This document shows positions 44,951 to 54,041 of a stretch of DNA of 64,000 nucleotides, piece by piece. The position numbers were made by a program, and so were the translations under genes. Under the pieces are notes generated by a model. That model did no database searches. It was not told the origin of the DNA and saw nothing but the letters and a program-made list of their open reading frames with translations. This DNA comes from Methanothrix sp. (GTDB taxonomy: Archaea; Halobacteriota; Methanosarcinia; Methanotrichales; Methanotrichaceae). Position 1 is the stretch's first letter. Every line of letters begins with the position of its first letter. The stretch covers positions 1,120,001 to 1,184,000 of the forward strand of contig OY821645.1 in NCBI GenBank assembly GCA_963682135.1. The letters run 5' to 3'.

Positions 44951-45999
44951 TTTCTCCTCCTTTGCATCATCATGGCCCCCATCAAGTTGGTTGCGCCTCC
45001 TGCCTCCCTTATCCTTCGACCCGTGTACTTAAGGAAAACATCTTCCAAAGTGGGCTTATGAAGTCCAACTGAGGTGATTACTGCTCCGCACTTATTTGCC
45101 TCTTGCATGATCTCGGGAATTCTCGATTGGGCATGGTCCACCATCAGCTCGATGGTCCCATTGACAAATGCGCTGGACTTGAGCCAGGGAAAGGATTGCA
45201 TGCATTGCATCAATGCTTGCGCACCACTTGCAACCTCCAGGCTGACCGTGTCTGATCCAATCATATCTTTGAGGTTTGCAGGTGTGTCCAGAGCTACGAT
45301 CTTGCCGTTATCTATGATGGCCACGCGATCGCAAAGAGCATCCGCCTCTTCCATGTAATGTGTGGTGAGGATAATTGTAACCCCCTTCTCTTTGTTCATA
45401 TCACGAAGGTACTGCCAGATGTGCCGCCTGGTCTGAGCGTCCAGGCCAAGAGTGGGCTCATCCAGGAAGAGAACATGCGGATAATGCATCAAACCCCGGG
45501 CAATCTCCAATCTCCGCTGCATGCCTCCTGAGTAGTCTTCCATCTTGATATCGGCCTTCTCAGCCAGATCCACCAATTCCAAAACCTCGCCAATTCTCTC
45601 CTGACGCAAAGAGCTGTCCATTCCGTACATCCTGCCGTGAAAGTCCAGGTTCTCCCGACCGGTCAGCATTCCATCCACTGCCGGGTCCTGAAAGACAACG
45701 CCAATCGAGGATCGCACCGCATTCCTCTCCTTAGCTACATCATGACCCCATACCCTGGCTTCGCCCTCTGTTGGCGTGAGCATGGTAGTAAGCATCTTGA
45801 TGATGGTGCTCTTGCCGGCTCCATTGGCCCCCAGGATACCGAAGAGTTCGCCTCTATTTATTTTCAGGTCTATGTGATCTACTGCAGTCATGCCGTTGAA
45901 TCTTTTAGTAAGTCCCTGCATAGAAATGGCAGCATCGTCTTTGACCGGGCCAGGATGAGGGCCAGCCACCGATCTAATTCCGCTTGTGATATTGTTCAC
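44947..45999 (-). CDS. DrrA-family ABC exporter ATP-binding protein
   Basis: GANGAGKST, YSGGMQRRLE, LDEPTLGLD, PTLEDVFL. Confidence 0.93.
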   Translation of the reverse strand: MNNITSGIRSVAGPHPGPVKDDAAISMQGLTKRFNGMTAVDHIDLKINRGELFGILGANGAGKSTIIKMLTTMLTPTEGEARVWGHDVAKERNAVRSSIGVVFQDPAVDGMLTGRENLDFHGRMYGMDSSLRQERIGEVLELVDLAEKADIKMEDYSGGMQRRLEIARGLMHYPHVLFLDEPTLGLDAQTRRHIWQYLRDMNKEKGVTIILTTHYMEEADALCDRVAIIDNGKIVALDTPANLKDMIGSDTVSLEVASGAQALMQCMQSFPWLKSSAFVNGTIELMVDHAQSRIPEIMQEANKCGAVITSVGLHKPTLEDVFLKYTGRRIREAGGATNLMGAMMMQRRRK

Positions 46000-46019
46000 C
46001 TTCTCAATTCATAGCTAAT

Positions 46020-46036
46020 TGACTTTCTCTAAGTCA
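46020..46036. promoter_or_regulatory. Putative TetR operator TGACT-N7-AGTCA upstream of the ABC operon
   Basis: Palindrome tgact-ttctcta-agtca; same arms as 46755-46771. Confidence 0.65.
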
Positions 46037-46070
46037 GTAATCAAATACGCATCCTTTGCTCTCCGGCAAC

Positions 46071-46724
46071 CTAAATCTGTAAAATGAACCGGTAATTGCC
46101 AACTCCAAGCATTCTGCCCAGGAGGTCCTCCATGGCCGCTCGCATATTTTCAAGAAATTTCAGGTATGTCTGATCAATATTTCTTGAATCGGCCAAGTCA
46201 TCATCTTTCTGATAGAACATATGATTGGCAGACGCGATCATCACGAGTAGGAGATAGGATGTCTCCAATGGGCGCTCTACATGAAAACGATCATTCTTGC
46301 ACCCCTGGACGATCACTTCCGCCATAAGCGGGGCGATAGTGGCAAATGGCCTCACGCTCATCAGCTTTTTATGCAGCGTGGCGCTTTTGACCTGGTGGAT
46401 ATGGCTAATGATCTTCTTTCCGGATGCAGAGATGCTTAGAAAGCAGTTGATCATGGAATTAATTTTGGCGGCCTCACCCAGACTGCCGTCTTGCGCAATC
46501 CGGGTGAAATCACTTTCCATCAAAGCGATCTGCTTCTTCATCACCGCTACCAGGACATCTTCTTTTGAGTCGAAGTAGTAGTAGAATGCGCCCTGAGACA
46601 CATTGACCTCTTTTGTTATGTCGCTTACAGAGGTCTGATCATAGCCCCGGGCTGCAAACAGGCGACAAGCCGTATCTATCAGCTCTTTTCGTCTCTCTTC
46701 TGGTTCTTTTACAATTCTGCTCAT
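46071..46724 (-). CDS. TetR/AcrR-family transcriptional regulator
   Basis: RRKELIDTA..LF...GYDQTSVSDI....VSQGAFYYYFDSKED. Confidence 0.92.
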   Translation of the reverse strand: MSRIVKEPEERRKELIDTACRLFAARGYDQTSVSDITKEVNVSQGAFYYYFDSKEDVLVAVMKKQIALMESDFTRIAQDGSLGEAAKINSMINCFLSISASGKKIISHIHQVKSATLHKKLMSVRPFATIAPLMAEVIVQGCKNDRFHVERPLETSYLLLVMIASANHMFYQKDDDLADSRNIDQTYLKFLENMRAAMEDLLGRMLGVGNYRFILQI

Positions 46725-46752
46725 ATTATCCCCTGTAGACCATGAACAAACC

Positions 46753-46773
46753 ACTGACTGAGTATTAGTCAGT
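46753..46773. promoter_or_regulatory. Putative TetR operator ACTGACT-N7-AGTCAGT next to the tetR TATA box
   Basis: Perfect palindromic arms adjacent to TTATATAC on the minus strand. Confidence 0.65.
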
Positions 46774-46786
46774 AAAGTATATAACG

Positions 46787-48226
46787 TCACTGCTTCGTGC
46801 ATTTGCCCAGAGCTACCAGGACTGAAGATCCCGATCTCTTCAGCTCTTCCCTGAGAATCTGTTCCACCTCTTTCTCTGAAGCGGGCAGCTCCAGGCGGAG
46901 CGTCGGCACCAGCGCCTCCAACAGGTGGGTCAGATCGGGCACATCCTGCCCGCCCGTCATGGCTGCTACATCATTCTTGAGAACGACGACAAGAACATCA
47001 CGCTTCTGCCAGACGGCATTGATCAGGCCCTGCAGGCCCGAGTGGGCCAGAGCATAGTCGCCCACCAGGGCAATGCCTTTCTTGGCAAAGCCCGAGGCTA
47101 CGCCCACCGATGATCCCAGGCCGTAGACCACGTCCACTGATTGGTAGGGATCACGGGTAGCACGGATGGCGCATCCTGCGTCCCCGGCCACGGACACATC
47201 GATTTTGCCCAGCGCCTGAAAAAGGGGTATGAAGGGACAGTCATCACAAACGCCCTTGTAGCCCCTCTCAGCCAAGCTCTCGTAGACCTGGGGCATTTTC
47301 TTCGGCGCCTCTTCCAGACACTCCAGCGCCTGGATGATGTCCGCCCTCTCCAGCGGCCCCCGGGGCAGGTGACCGCTGAGCTTGCCTTTGACTTTGGGGC
47401 TGCAGGCAATCTGCGATTCGATAAACGGCTCAGGCTCTTCTGCTACCAGAATCTGGCGATGACCATCAATGAAGCGGCGCAAGAGCTTTGCCGGCAGAGG
47501 ATTGCTGTAGCCCACAGAAAATAGCGAGACGCCTAGGCCTTGGGCCAGAGCCGCAGGCCGGCCGCTGGCGATGATGCCCACGTTCCCGGAGATCTCCAGG
47601 CGATTTAAGGTTGTGGACTCAGAGGCTTCCTCTGCAAAGGCCATAATTCGATCGTGATGCCTCTGATGCCGCCCACGCATGGTCAAATCCCAGCCGTCCC
47701 GATCATAATGCTGGGCTATACCCCGGATGGGTCGAGATAAAATCTCCGGCCCCTCGTCAGATAGAATACGAGCCGTCACCCGGACTATAACCGGAATTCT
47801 CAGCCATTCGGATACTGTGTAGCCTTCCAGAATAGATGCATGCAATGAGGTAGGACTGCTGGGATCGAGCATCGGCAGCTCTGCCAGCGGACCGAAGAAT
47901 CGGCTATCCATCTCCGCTTGAGAGCCCTTCGGCCCCAAATCATCTCCCGCCAGAATCACAATGCCTGAGCCGATGGTATGGGTAGCCGATATGACCAGCG
48001 GATCGGCCAGAATATTCATGCCCACCTGCTTGACGATAACCAGGGCGCGCCGGCCTGTAGCTGACGCCCCAAGGGCAATCTCCAGAGCCACCTTTTCGTT
48101 AACCGAGATCTCAGCCCCGAGCGCGGCGGCCAGATCGGTTATGGGATAGCCGGGAACATAGGTTCGAACCCTTGCTGCTGCATCCTCTACAGCCTGCACT
48201 GCTGCCTGCATGCCACTGGAATTCAT
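46787..48226 (-). CDS. Indolepyruvate:ferredoxin oxidoreductase alpha-like TPP enzyme (short form)
   Basis: VPGYP, SVNEKVALE, KQVGMN, GDAGC, GD...HSG...N..AMTGGQ. Confidence 0.8.
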   Translation of the reverse strand: MNSSGMQAAVQAVEDAAARVRTYVPGYPITDLAAALGAEISVNEKVALEIALGASATGRRALVIVKQVGMNILADPLVISATHTIGSGIVILAGDDLGPKGSQAEMDSRFFGPLAELPMLDPSSPTSLHASILEGYTVSEWLRIPVIVRVTARILSDEGPEILSRPIRGIAQHYDRDGWDLTMRGRHQRHHDRIMAFAEEASESTTLNRLEISGNVGIIASGRPAALAQGLGVSLFSVGYSNPLPAKLLRRFIDGHRQILVAEEPEPFIESQIACSPKVKGKLSGHLPRGPLERADIIQALECLEEAPKKMPQVYESLAERGYKGVCDDCPFIPLFQALGKIDVSVAGDAGCAIRATRDPYQSVDVVYGLGSSVGVASGFAKKGIALVGDYALAHSGLQGLINAVWQKRDVLVVVLKNDVAAMTGGQDVPDLTHLLEALVPTLRLELPASEKEVEQILREELKRSGSSVLVALGKCTKQ

Positions 48227-49122
48227 AGATTTGCGGGCACAATGGACTCATCAGGCCGGGCACAAAAGGGCAATGCCGCCACAGCCCCAATCAATCCCTG
48301 GCCATTCATCAAGATCTGAACTCCATTCTCCCGCGCCGCCTCCAGAGCATCCTCGTACTGCACCCTCTCTCGCTTGCACCTCTGGCCAAAGGGCAGAAGA
48401 GAAGATGGATCGAAATCTCGGAAGACTGCCATGCCCGTCTGCTTGGAGACCGAGTACTTGCTTAACAGGGCCTTGAAGTCAGAGAGCATGGCTTCAGCTT
48501 TACCCGGCAGGCAGGCGAACTCTACTGCCGTGGAGACGCAGTTTTGCGTCTTGGTTGGAACGGGAAAGAGCTGCACCAGGGAATGGGAGAGATAGCGTGC
48601 TTCAGGTCGATCGACCTTACTGGAGATGTTGTGAATAAGAGTCCAGGTGGCCCCCGTCGTCTTGGAATCGGTATCATCAACTCCAATGATCATTCTATCC
48701 CTTCTGGGCAAGACTATGGTGCCCCGAGCGACGCGCCCTCCGCCGCATTCTGTTACATCATAGCGCAAGACGTCCTCCGCTTTAGCTCGGGAAAGGGTAG
48801 CGCCTACGCCTCCCCCGCCCAGACCGGCGTAAGTCACCTCTACCTCCTTGCTGCCCACTATTACCGACTCGATGCCGGCCGATCTCTTGGAGGATACAAG
48901 ATCCAAATCGGCTTTGCCCGGCCTTATCATATAGCGGAACCATTCGCCCAAATTGCGGGAGCTTTTCACTAAAGGCCCATTGGAGTAATGGTATCTGGCC
49001 CAGGCCGATCCACCGTAGCAGCTGGAGCGTTCCATGAGCTCTACTCTTCGGCCCTCATCATCAACCACAGCATGTATCTGCTTGTATACTACAACATATG
49101 GATCAGCTAATTCTAGTTGCAA
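48223..49122 (-). CDS. Methanogenesis marker protein 11
   Basis: DPY..Y..I, CYGGSAW..HY, YAGLGGGGVGA, IGVDDTD, KTQNC. Confidence 0.85.
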   Translation of the reverse strand: MQLELADPYVVVYKQIHAVVDDEGRRVELMERSSCYGGSAWARYHYSNGPLVKSSRNLGEWFRYMIRPGKADLDLVSSKRSAGIESVIVGSKEVEVTYAGLGGGGVGATLSRAKAEDVLRYDVTECGGGRVARGTIVLPRRDRMIIGVDDTDSKTTGATWTLIHNISSKVDRPEARYLSHSLVQLFPVPTKTQNCVSTAVEFACLPGKAEAMLSDFKALLSKYSVSKQTGMAVFRDFDPSSLLPFGQRCKRERVQYEDALEAARENGVQILMNGQGLIGAVAALPFCARPDESIVPANL

Positions 49123-49125
49123 GGC

Positions 49126-50439
49126 TCATTCCTCGGCTAAATCATTTGATTGATTCTGAATATCATCAAAGCTCTTCATATACTCTCTCAATACTACCGT
49201 GGCATAGCTTCCTTTGGGCAGAATGAACTGCAGCGTTGCCAGGTTTTCCTCTAAGCGGATTTGCGGTTTGACATGACATAGAGCCGCGCGCCTCGTGCCT
49301 CTTGAACCAAGATCCGGGTTTTCTGAGACTCTAAAGTCCTCCGGAGAAATGCCTTCATCTCTGAGAATTGACCACTCCATCTCACCCTGTGCGCCTTCCT
49401 CTATTGTCGTCTCAAATCCGATCAAAGGCAGAGTGAGAAATGCTCTGCCTCTCTTGGCCAGACGGTCGATGGCCTCCAGGTTTTCCGAGGTGACCTTCTG
49501 CACTCTATCCATATCCGGCAAACCTTCTTTGGCAAAGCAGACCACATCGCCCACCACGGCCTTTTGTAGCGGCATTCCCGCAGCCATGCGGCGGCTGAGA
49601 ATCCTGTTGAAAATATAGGACTGGTAAGCATGCACAAAGAGACGCTTCAAATTGACGGAAAGAACATCAAAAGAGTGAGCATAATCACCGGGATGCTCCA
49701 CGAGATAGTTAAGCATGGCCAGCTCGTAGTGCAGGTACTCAGGGAACTCTTTTAAGGCTACAGGGATGTCTCGTGTCTCCCACAACGTTTCCCGAGCCAC
49801 TCTTGTCCTCTCCGGCTCGCCGGGAAAAGGCAAGGCCAGAAAGATGAAGGCAGCTTCTTTCGCCTTGCCTCTTGCCAGAGCCTCACCCACTTTATGGGTG
49901 ACGGGCCTCTGATCCCCAAACCTCTGTATTCCGAAGTAGTTGGGAACGCCGCCATATTCCTCTATCTCCGAAGTGATGGCGGCCAGACGGGCGGCTGGAT
50001 CCGGGCAGCTCAGATCCCTGATTACTATGTGAAAACGATTTCCCAGCAGATCTCCCAGACCCACCGCTCGATTCGTCTTGCCCAAAACCCTGATCTTCAG
50101 GTCGGGCAGATTAATTCTGGAAAGGGCCGATTCATCCAGGTTCATGATGCTTATGCGCTGGGTTGTTACCGCCTTCTTGTCTTTGGTGCCGGCCCAGCCG
50201 AATCTCTTCTGGCTGATGCAAAGCCGTCTCGCCATCTCTCGGATAAGGTGATGAGTATCCCAGTTGGTCTTCTCCACATCTAAGACCAGGTACCTTCCGC
50301 CTTCGTATCCCAGATCCTCGAATACTTCTGTTACCTGGAAATCCTCTGCACAGCTCTTGATGATGCCACCACAACCTGGGCTGTCAGTTATATAATAATC
50401 CATGCCCAGAGACCGGTCCCGATTACTTGCCGAAATCAT
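49126..50439 (-). CDS. truD: tRNA pseudouridine(13) synthase
   Basis: EDFQVTE, AGTKDKKAVTTQ, NYFGIQRFG, LPKGSYAT. Confidence 0.95.
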   Translation of the reverse strand: MISASNRDRSLGMDYYITDSPGCGGIIKSCAEDFQVTEVFEDLGYEGGRYLVLDVEKTNWDTHHLIREMARRLCISQKRFGWAGTKDKKAVTTQRISIMNLDESALSRINLPDLKIRVLGKTNRAVGLGDLLGNRFHIVIRDLSCPDPAARLAAITSEIEEYGGVPNYFGIQRFGDQRPVTHKVGEALARGKAKEAAFIFLALPFPGEPERTRVARETLWETRDIPVALKEFPEYLHYELAMLNYLVEHPGDYAHSFDVLSVNLKRLFVHAYQSYIFNRILSRRMAAGMPLQKAVVGDVVCFAKEGLPDMDRVQKVTSENLEAIDRLAKRGRAFLTLPLIGFETTIEEGAQGEMEWSILRDEGISPEDFRVSENPDLGSRGTRRAALCHVKPQIRLEENLATLQFILPKGSYATVVLREYMKSFDDIQNQSNDLAEE

Positions 50440-50471
50440 CTTACCCCGGAGTTTAAACGCCTTCTAGCTAT

Positions 50472-50825
50472 TCAGACAAGCTTGAGCTTGCCCGTCAATT
50501 TATCCATCTGCTTTCCATGGGCCGGACCCAGGCCCAGTGCGGTTATGGTGCCGGCAGGAATCTCGGTAAGCCCGGCATCGGCAACAATAGCGCTGGCTAT
50601 TCCCGCCCTCTCTGCATCAACTCTGAGTCGGAAGAGGTCAGGCACTCCTGCGACTTTCAGGACAACCTTTTTTTGGCCCTCAGCCTTCCATTCTGAGACG
50701 GTGGATCTGTCCATCTTTTCGGCTCTTTCCACAGCCATAACTGCAGCATGAGCCACCTGCACTGCCAGCTTTCCCGCGGAGAGCTTCAGATCCTCTCTAA
50801 TCACGATGCATTGCTTGAACTCCAT
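50472..50825 (-). CDS. pth2: Peptidyl-tRNA hydrolase Pth2
   Basis: GKLAVQVAHA, GQKKVVLKV, DAGLTEI. Confidence 0.95.
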   Translation of the reverse strand: MEFKQCIVIREDLKLSAGKLAVQVAHAAVMAVERAEKMDRSTVSEWKAEGQKKVVLKVAGVPDLFRLRVDAERAGIASAIVADAGLTEIPAGTITALGLGPAHGKQMDKLTGKLKLV

Positions 50826-50911
50826 CAGAAATAACCTCACTTACAAATAGAATCTTCTCGAAATCAATTATGCCAAAAATATACTAAGATTAAGGAGAAG
50901 AGGCGAGAATG

Positions 50912-52252
50912 TTACGCCTCTTTGGTTAGAACCTTGATGCAGGAAGGACTCTTGGCGATATTTCCCATCTTGGCGCCAATGAGATATTCCAGGCCCTTAT
51001 CTGCGGCGATGTCTAAGATGCGCTGCGTCACGACGCCATCGAAGATCACACCGTTTACGTCTCCATTTGTCTCCTTCAACTCTCTGGCCAGATCCCTCAC
51101 CGCCACCTCTCTTAAGACGTTTTGATTCCTATCCATTATCCTGGCGGATAGAGTACCATCCAGTTCATCCACATGCTGTCGGAACCATTCTCTCTGAGGT
51201 TCGGGCTCGGGCTGCGCAGCAGGTTCAGGAGCCGCTACAATTACTTCTTCTACGACAGGAGCCGCAGCGAATTTGGGCACAACTTCGCGGGGCACGACCC
51301 GACGCGGCGCGATAACCTCTGCCCTCTCCGTGGTATTTCGCACGCAGAAGGGCTTCTCACGGATGAGGCTCTTTCTCTTGGTAGTGATCTCGCGCCTTTT
51401 CTTGGGCTGGTTTTTGATCTTATATTGATCCAGCACCTGTTCAACGGGAATCTTTTGGCGCAGTGCACGGACAATCTCTTTTTGGGTCATGTCCTCTACG
51501 CTCTTTCCCTCCGGGGCCCTGGCCACAAAATCAATGTCAGCGACCTGGAGAAGCTCTTTAATGATCAGCTCTCCTCCTCGGTCACCATCTGTGAAAGCGG
51601 TAACTACCTTCTTGGCGCAGAGATCGGCGATGGTTGGCGGCACATTGGTTCCGCCTACAGCCACGGCATTCTTGATACCGTACTTTAGCAGATTGAGCAC
51701 ATCCGCCCGACCTTCAACCACCAGGATAGCATCGGAGTCGAGTACATTGGGCCCGGCTGGCAAGCTGTCTTTGCCCAGGTGAATTATCTCCTCCACGCGA
51801 ACGGACTGCTTTATCTCCTCGGTGATTTCTTCCGTTTCCAGGATGTTCTCGTCGAACATCTCCACCAGTATGCGCTTGGCCCGTTCTATGACATATCTTC
51901 TCTTGGCAGCACGCACATCTTCGATGCGGTTTACGCAGATGCGAGCGATGCATGGTCCCACCCGGTCGATGGTCTCCAGGGCAGCGGCCAGTATGGCCGT
52001 CTCGACCTTATCAAAGCTGGAAGGAATGGAGATGGTGCCGCTGGACTTTCCGCCGCTGGATGTTATTTGAACATCGATCCTACCCAACCGTCCCGTTTTT
52101 TGGAGATCCCTTAAATCGAGGTCGGATCCCAAGAGACCTTCGGTCTGGCCGAAGATAGCGCCGACCACATCCGGCCGCTCCACTATCCCTTCCGCAGTTA
52201 TATCCGCATAAATAACATATTTAGTTGTATCAACATTTTGCATATAAGACAC
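50912..52252 (-). CDS. dnaG: Archaeal DnaG (TOPRIM)
   Basis: [29 protein letters not shown]. Confidence 0.95.
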   Translation of the reverse strand: MSYMQNVDTTKYVIYADITAEGIVERPDVVGAIFGQTEGLLGSDLDLRDLQKTGRLGRIDVQITSSGGKSSGTISIPSSFDKVETAILAAALETIDRVGPCIARICVNRIEDVRAAKRRYVIERAKRILVEMFDENILETEEITEEIKQSVRVEEIIHLGKDSLPAGPNVLDSDAILVVEGRADVLNLLKYGIKNAVAVGGTNVPPTIADLCAKKVVTAFTDGDRGGELIIKELLQVADIDFVARAPEGKSVEDMTQKEIVRALRQKIPVEQVLDQYKIKNQPKKRREITTKRKSLIREKPFCVRNTTERAEVIAPRRVVPREVVPKFAAAPVVEEVIVAAPEPAAQPEPEPQREWFRQHVDELDGTLSARIMDRNQNVLREVAVRDLARELKETNGDVNGVIFDGVVTQRILDIAADKGLEYLIGAKMGNIAKSPSCIKVLTKEA

Positions 52253-52652
52253 CTCTTATTTTAAAATAGATAGATAAAAGTCACACCCATACCCAAAGAG
52301 CCGACGCTATCTGCGGCCTACAAAGGCCATTTCGCGACTCATTGTCGCAATTGTAGCCATGCCGTATCAAAGGCAGGCAGTGAGCAGTGAATGATGATGA
52401 ATATGAGGTCCATCTAACTATTTCAGTGTCCATTTACCAATATCATGGAGCATCTGATAGAAATGCCCACACATGAGCCATTTTATCTTCATTAGCTGGC
52501 ATTTCATCGCCCATAGTTCCACTCAGGGCTTAATTATCATGAGACTTGTTGCCCAAATGCGCGCTTCTATCAATTAAAATTGTGCGAAACTAGTTTAAGA
52601 ACCTTGTGGTGGAAAAAGAGGCTGCAAACTTATTTGCAGATGACGAAAGTTT

Positions 52653-53693
52653 CTACAATACTATAAATCCGTCCGCTGTTCTTACTACCTTTACCTCTTC
52701 TCCCGGCCCAACCCGCAAATCCCTAGGACGAGCCGCGAAAGCTGCCCGGTAAGTCTCTGGGTCCATGATCTCCAGCACGTCATCATCTTCAGAGACCACC
52801 ATTGCTGCCTTTGCATCCGCTTTATTTCCTAAAATCTCCACGATCTCTGAGTTCTCCTCGCTCATGGAACTCCTGCGGCCATCTCTAAGTGAAGTGATAA
52901 GTGTTGTTTTGCCGTCAAAGCCAGAAACAAAGACGAGCACTCCCCGGAAGGATATAATGTCACCGCGCTTGAGCCTGGGAAACCTGACCAACAGGGTAGA
53001 GCGGAACACATCACGTGAGTCCTTCTTGCCTACCAGTTTGGCTGTTTCCAGTAGCTTGCCGCCAAAGCGCTCGACAAATACACGGGCCATGCGTCTGCCT
53101 AGCTGTGTTGAGCCCAGGATGATATCCAGGCCGCCTTTGACCTCCTTCATCTCCTGGATAAAGGATAGATGATCTCCCCCGTGATACCCGGAGTCGGCCA
53201 TATCCTGGGCAGTCTTCTTGCACTCTTCAATCTCACTTTTGGTCATGGATCTGACAGAATTTCCGCGTAGCTGGACCGTGGACTGGAAATACTTGCCAGC
53301 CATGCGACTGCATCGATCGCAGGCCACAAGTTTAATGCGAATGGGAATCTCACACTGCTCGCTTACGCCCTGGCCTCTGAAACTGCCCTCGATATTGATA
53401 TTTGCCAGATATCGAGTGGCCCCAACTTTTCTGAGGTCTAGCTCAATATGCGGCTCGACTAGCTCTTTGTGCAGGCAAAGAGCATCTGCTGCAGCCTGAT
53501 GGGCCAGCTCCTCCACACAGCTGCTGTCCGGAAGCTGCCATCTGCCTTTTATCTGCCGGGAGCCGCAAACCGAACAGATGACCACTTCCACCTGATCAGG
53601 GCAACTGACCAGCTTTGTCATTTCCAGGGTGCATTGGGGGCAAAGCCCTTCTACCGTGGGCTGGCCGCATCGATGACAGATGGCTTGCATCAC
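52653..53693 (-). CDS. NMD3-family protein
   Basis: Four CxxC pairs; CSRMAGKYFQSTVQLR. Confidence 0.9.
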   Translation of the reverse strand: MMQAICHRCGQPTVEGLCPQCTLEMTKLVSCPDQVEVVICSVCGSRQIKGRWQLPDSSCVEELAHQAAADALCLHKELVEPHIELDLRKVGATRYLANINIEGSFRGQGVSEQCEIPIRIKLVACDRCSRMAGKYFQSTVQLRGNSVRSMTKSEIEECKKTAQDMADSGYHGGDHLSFIQEMKEVKGGLDIILGSTQLGRRMARVFVERFGGKLLETAKLVGKKDSRDVFRSTLLVRFPRLKRGDIISFRGVLVFVSGFDGKTTLITSLRDGRRSSMSEENSEIVEILGNKADAKAAMVVSEDDDVLEIMDPETYRAAFAARPRDLRVGPGEEVKVVRTADGFIVL

Positions 53694-54016
53694 ATTCGCA
53701 CCATCTGGGCATAGAGAACTCCGTCGATGGAGAGGGTGCAGTCCCTCTCCACGTAGCCCAGGGAGATGGCATGCTCAACAGCCTTGCAGCCCACAAAATT
53801 AGCCATTGTGGCTTTTGCGAGTGCCCCGGCAACCTCGGAACAGGATGCCTTTTCGCCTCCGAAAAAATCAACAGTGACTTCTATCTTAAGGTGGCCCTCG
53901 GTGAACTTTTTTCCCAGAATATCGCAGTCACAGACTGCAATAAGGGTCTCTGCTCCATGTTGGTGGGTTTTCAAATACATCTCTTTCTTTTCCGTATCTT
54001 GAGAAATATCAGACAT
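53690..54016 (-). CDS. DUF424 family protein
   Basis: IAVCDCDILGKKF.EG; ANFVG...V..AI..G. Confidence 0.88.
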   Translation of the reverse strand: MSDISQDTEKKEMYLKTHQHGAETLIAVCDCDILGKKFTEGHLKIEVTVDFFGGEKASCSEVAGALAKATMANFVGCKAVEHAISLGYVERDCTLSIDGVLYAQMVRM

Positions 54017-54041
54017 GATAATCATTTTGCATTGCTTGTAT

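Noticed and set aside
52390-52457. ATGATGA...CTGA resembling a C/D box sRNA upstream of dnaG
   Set aside because: No clear C'/D' boxes or terminal stem, and no guide target identifiable by eye.
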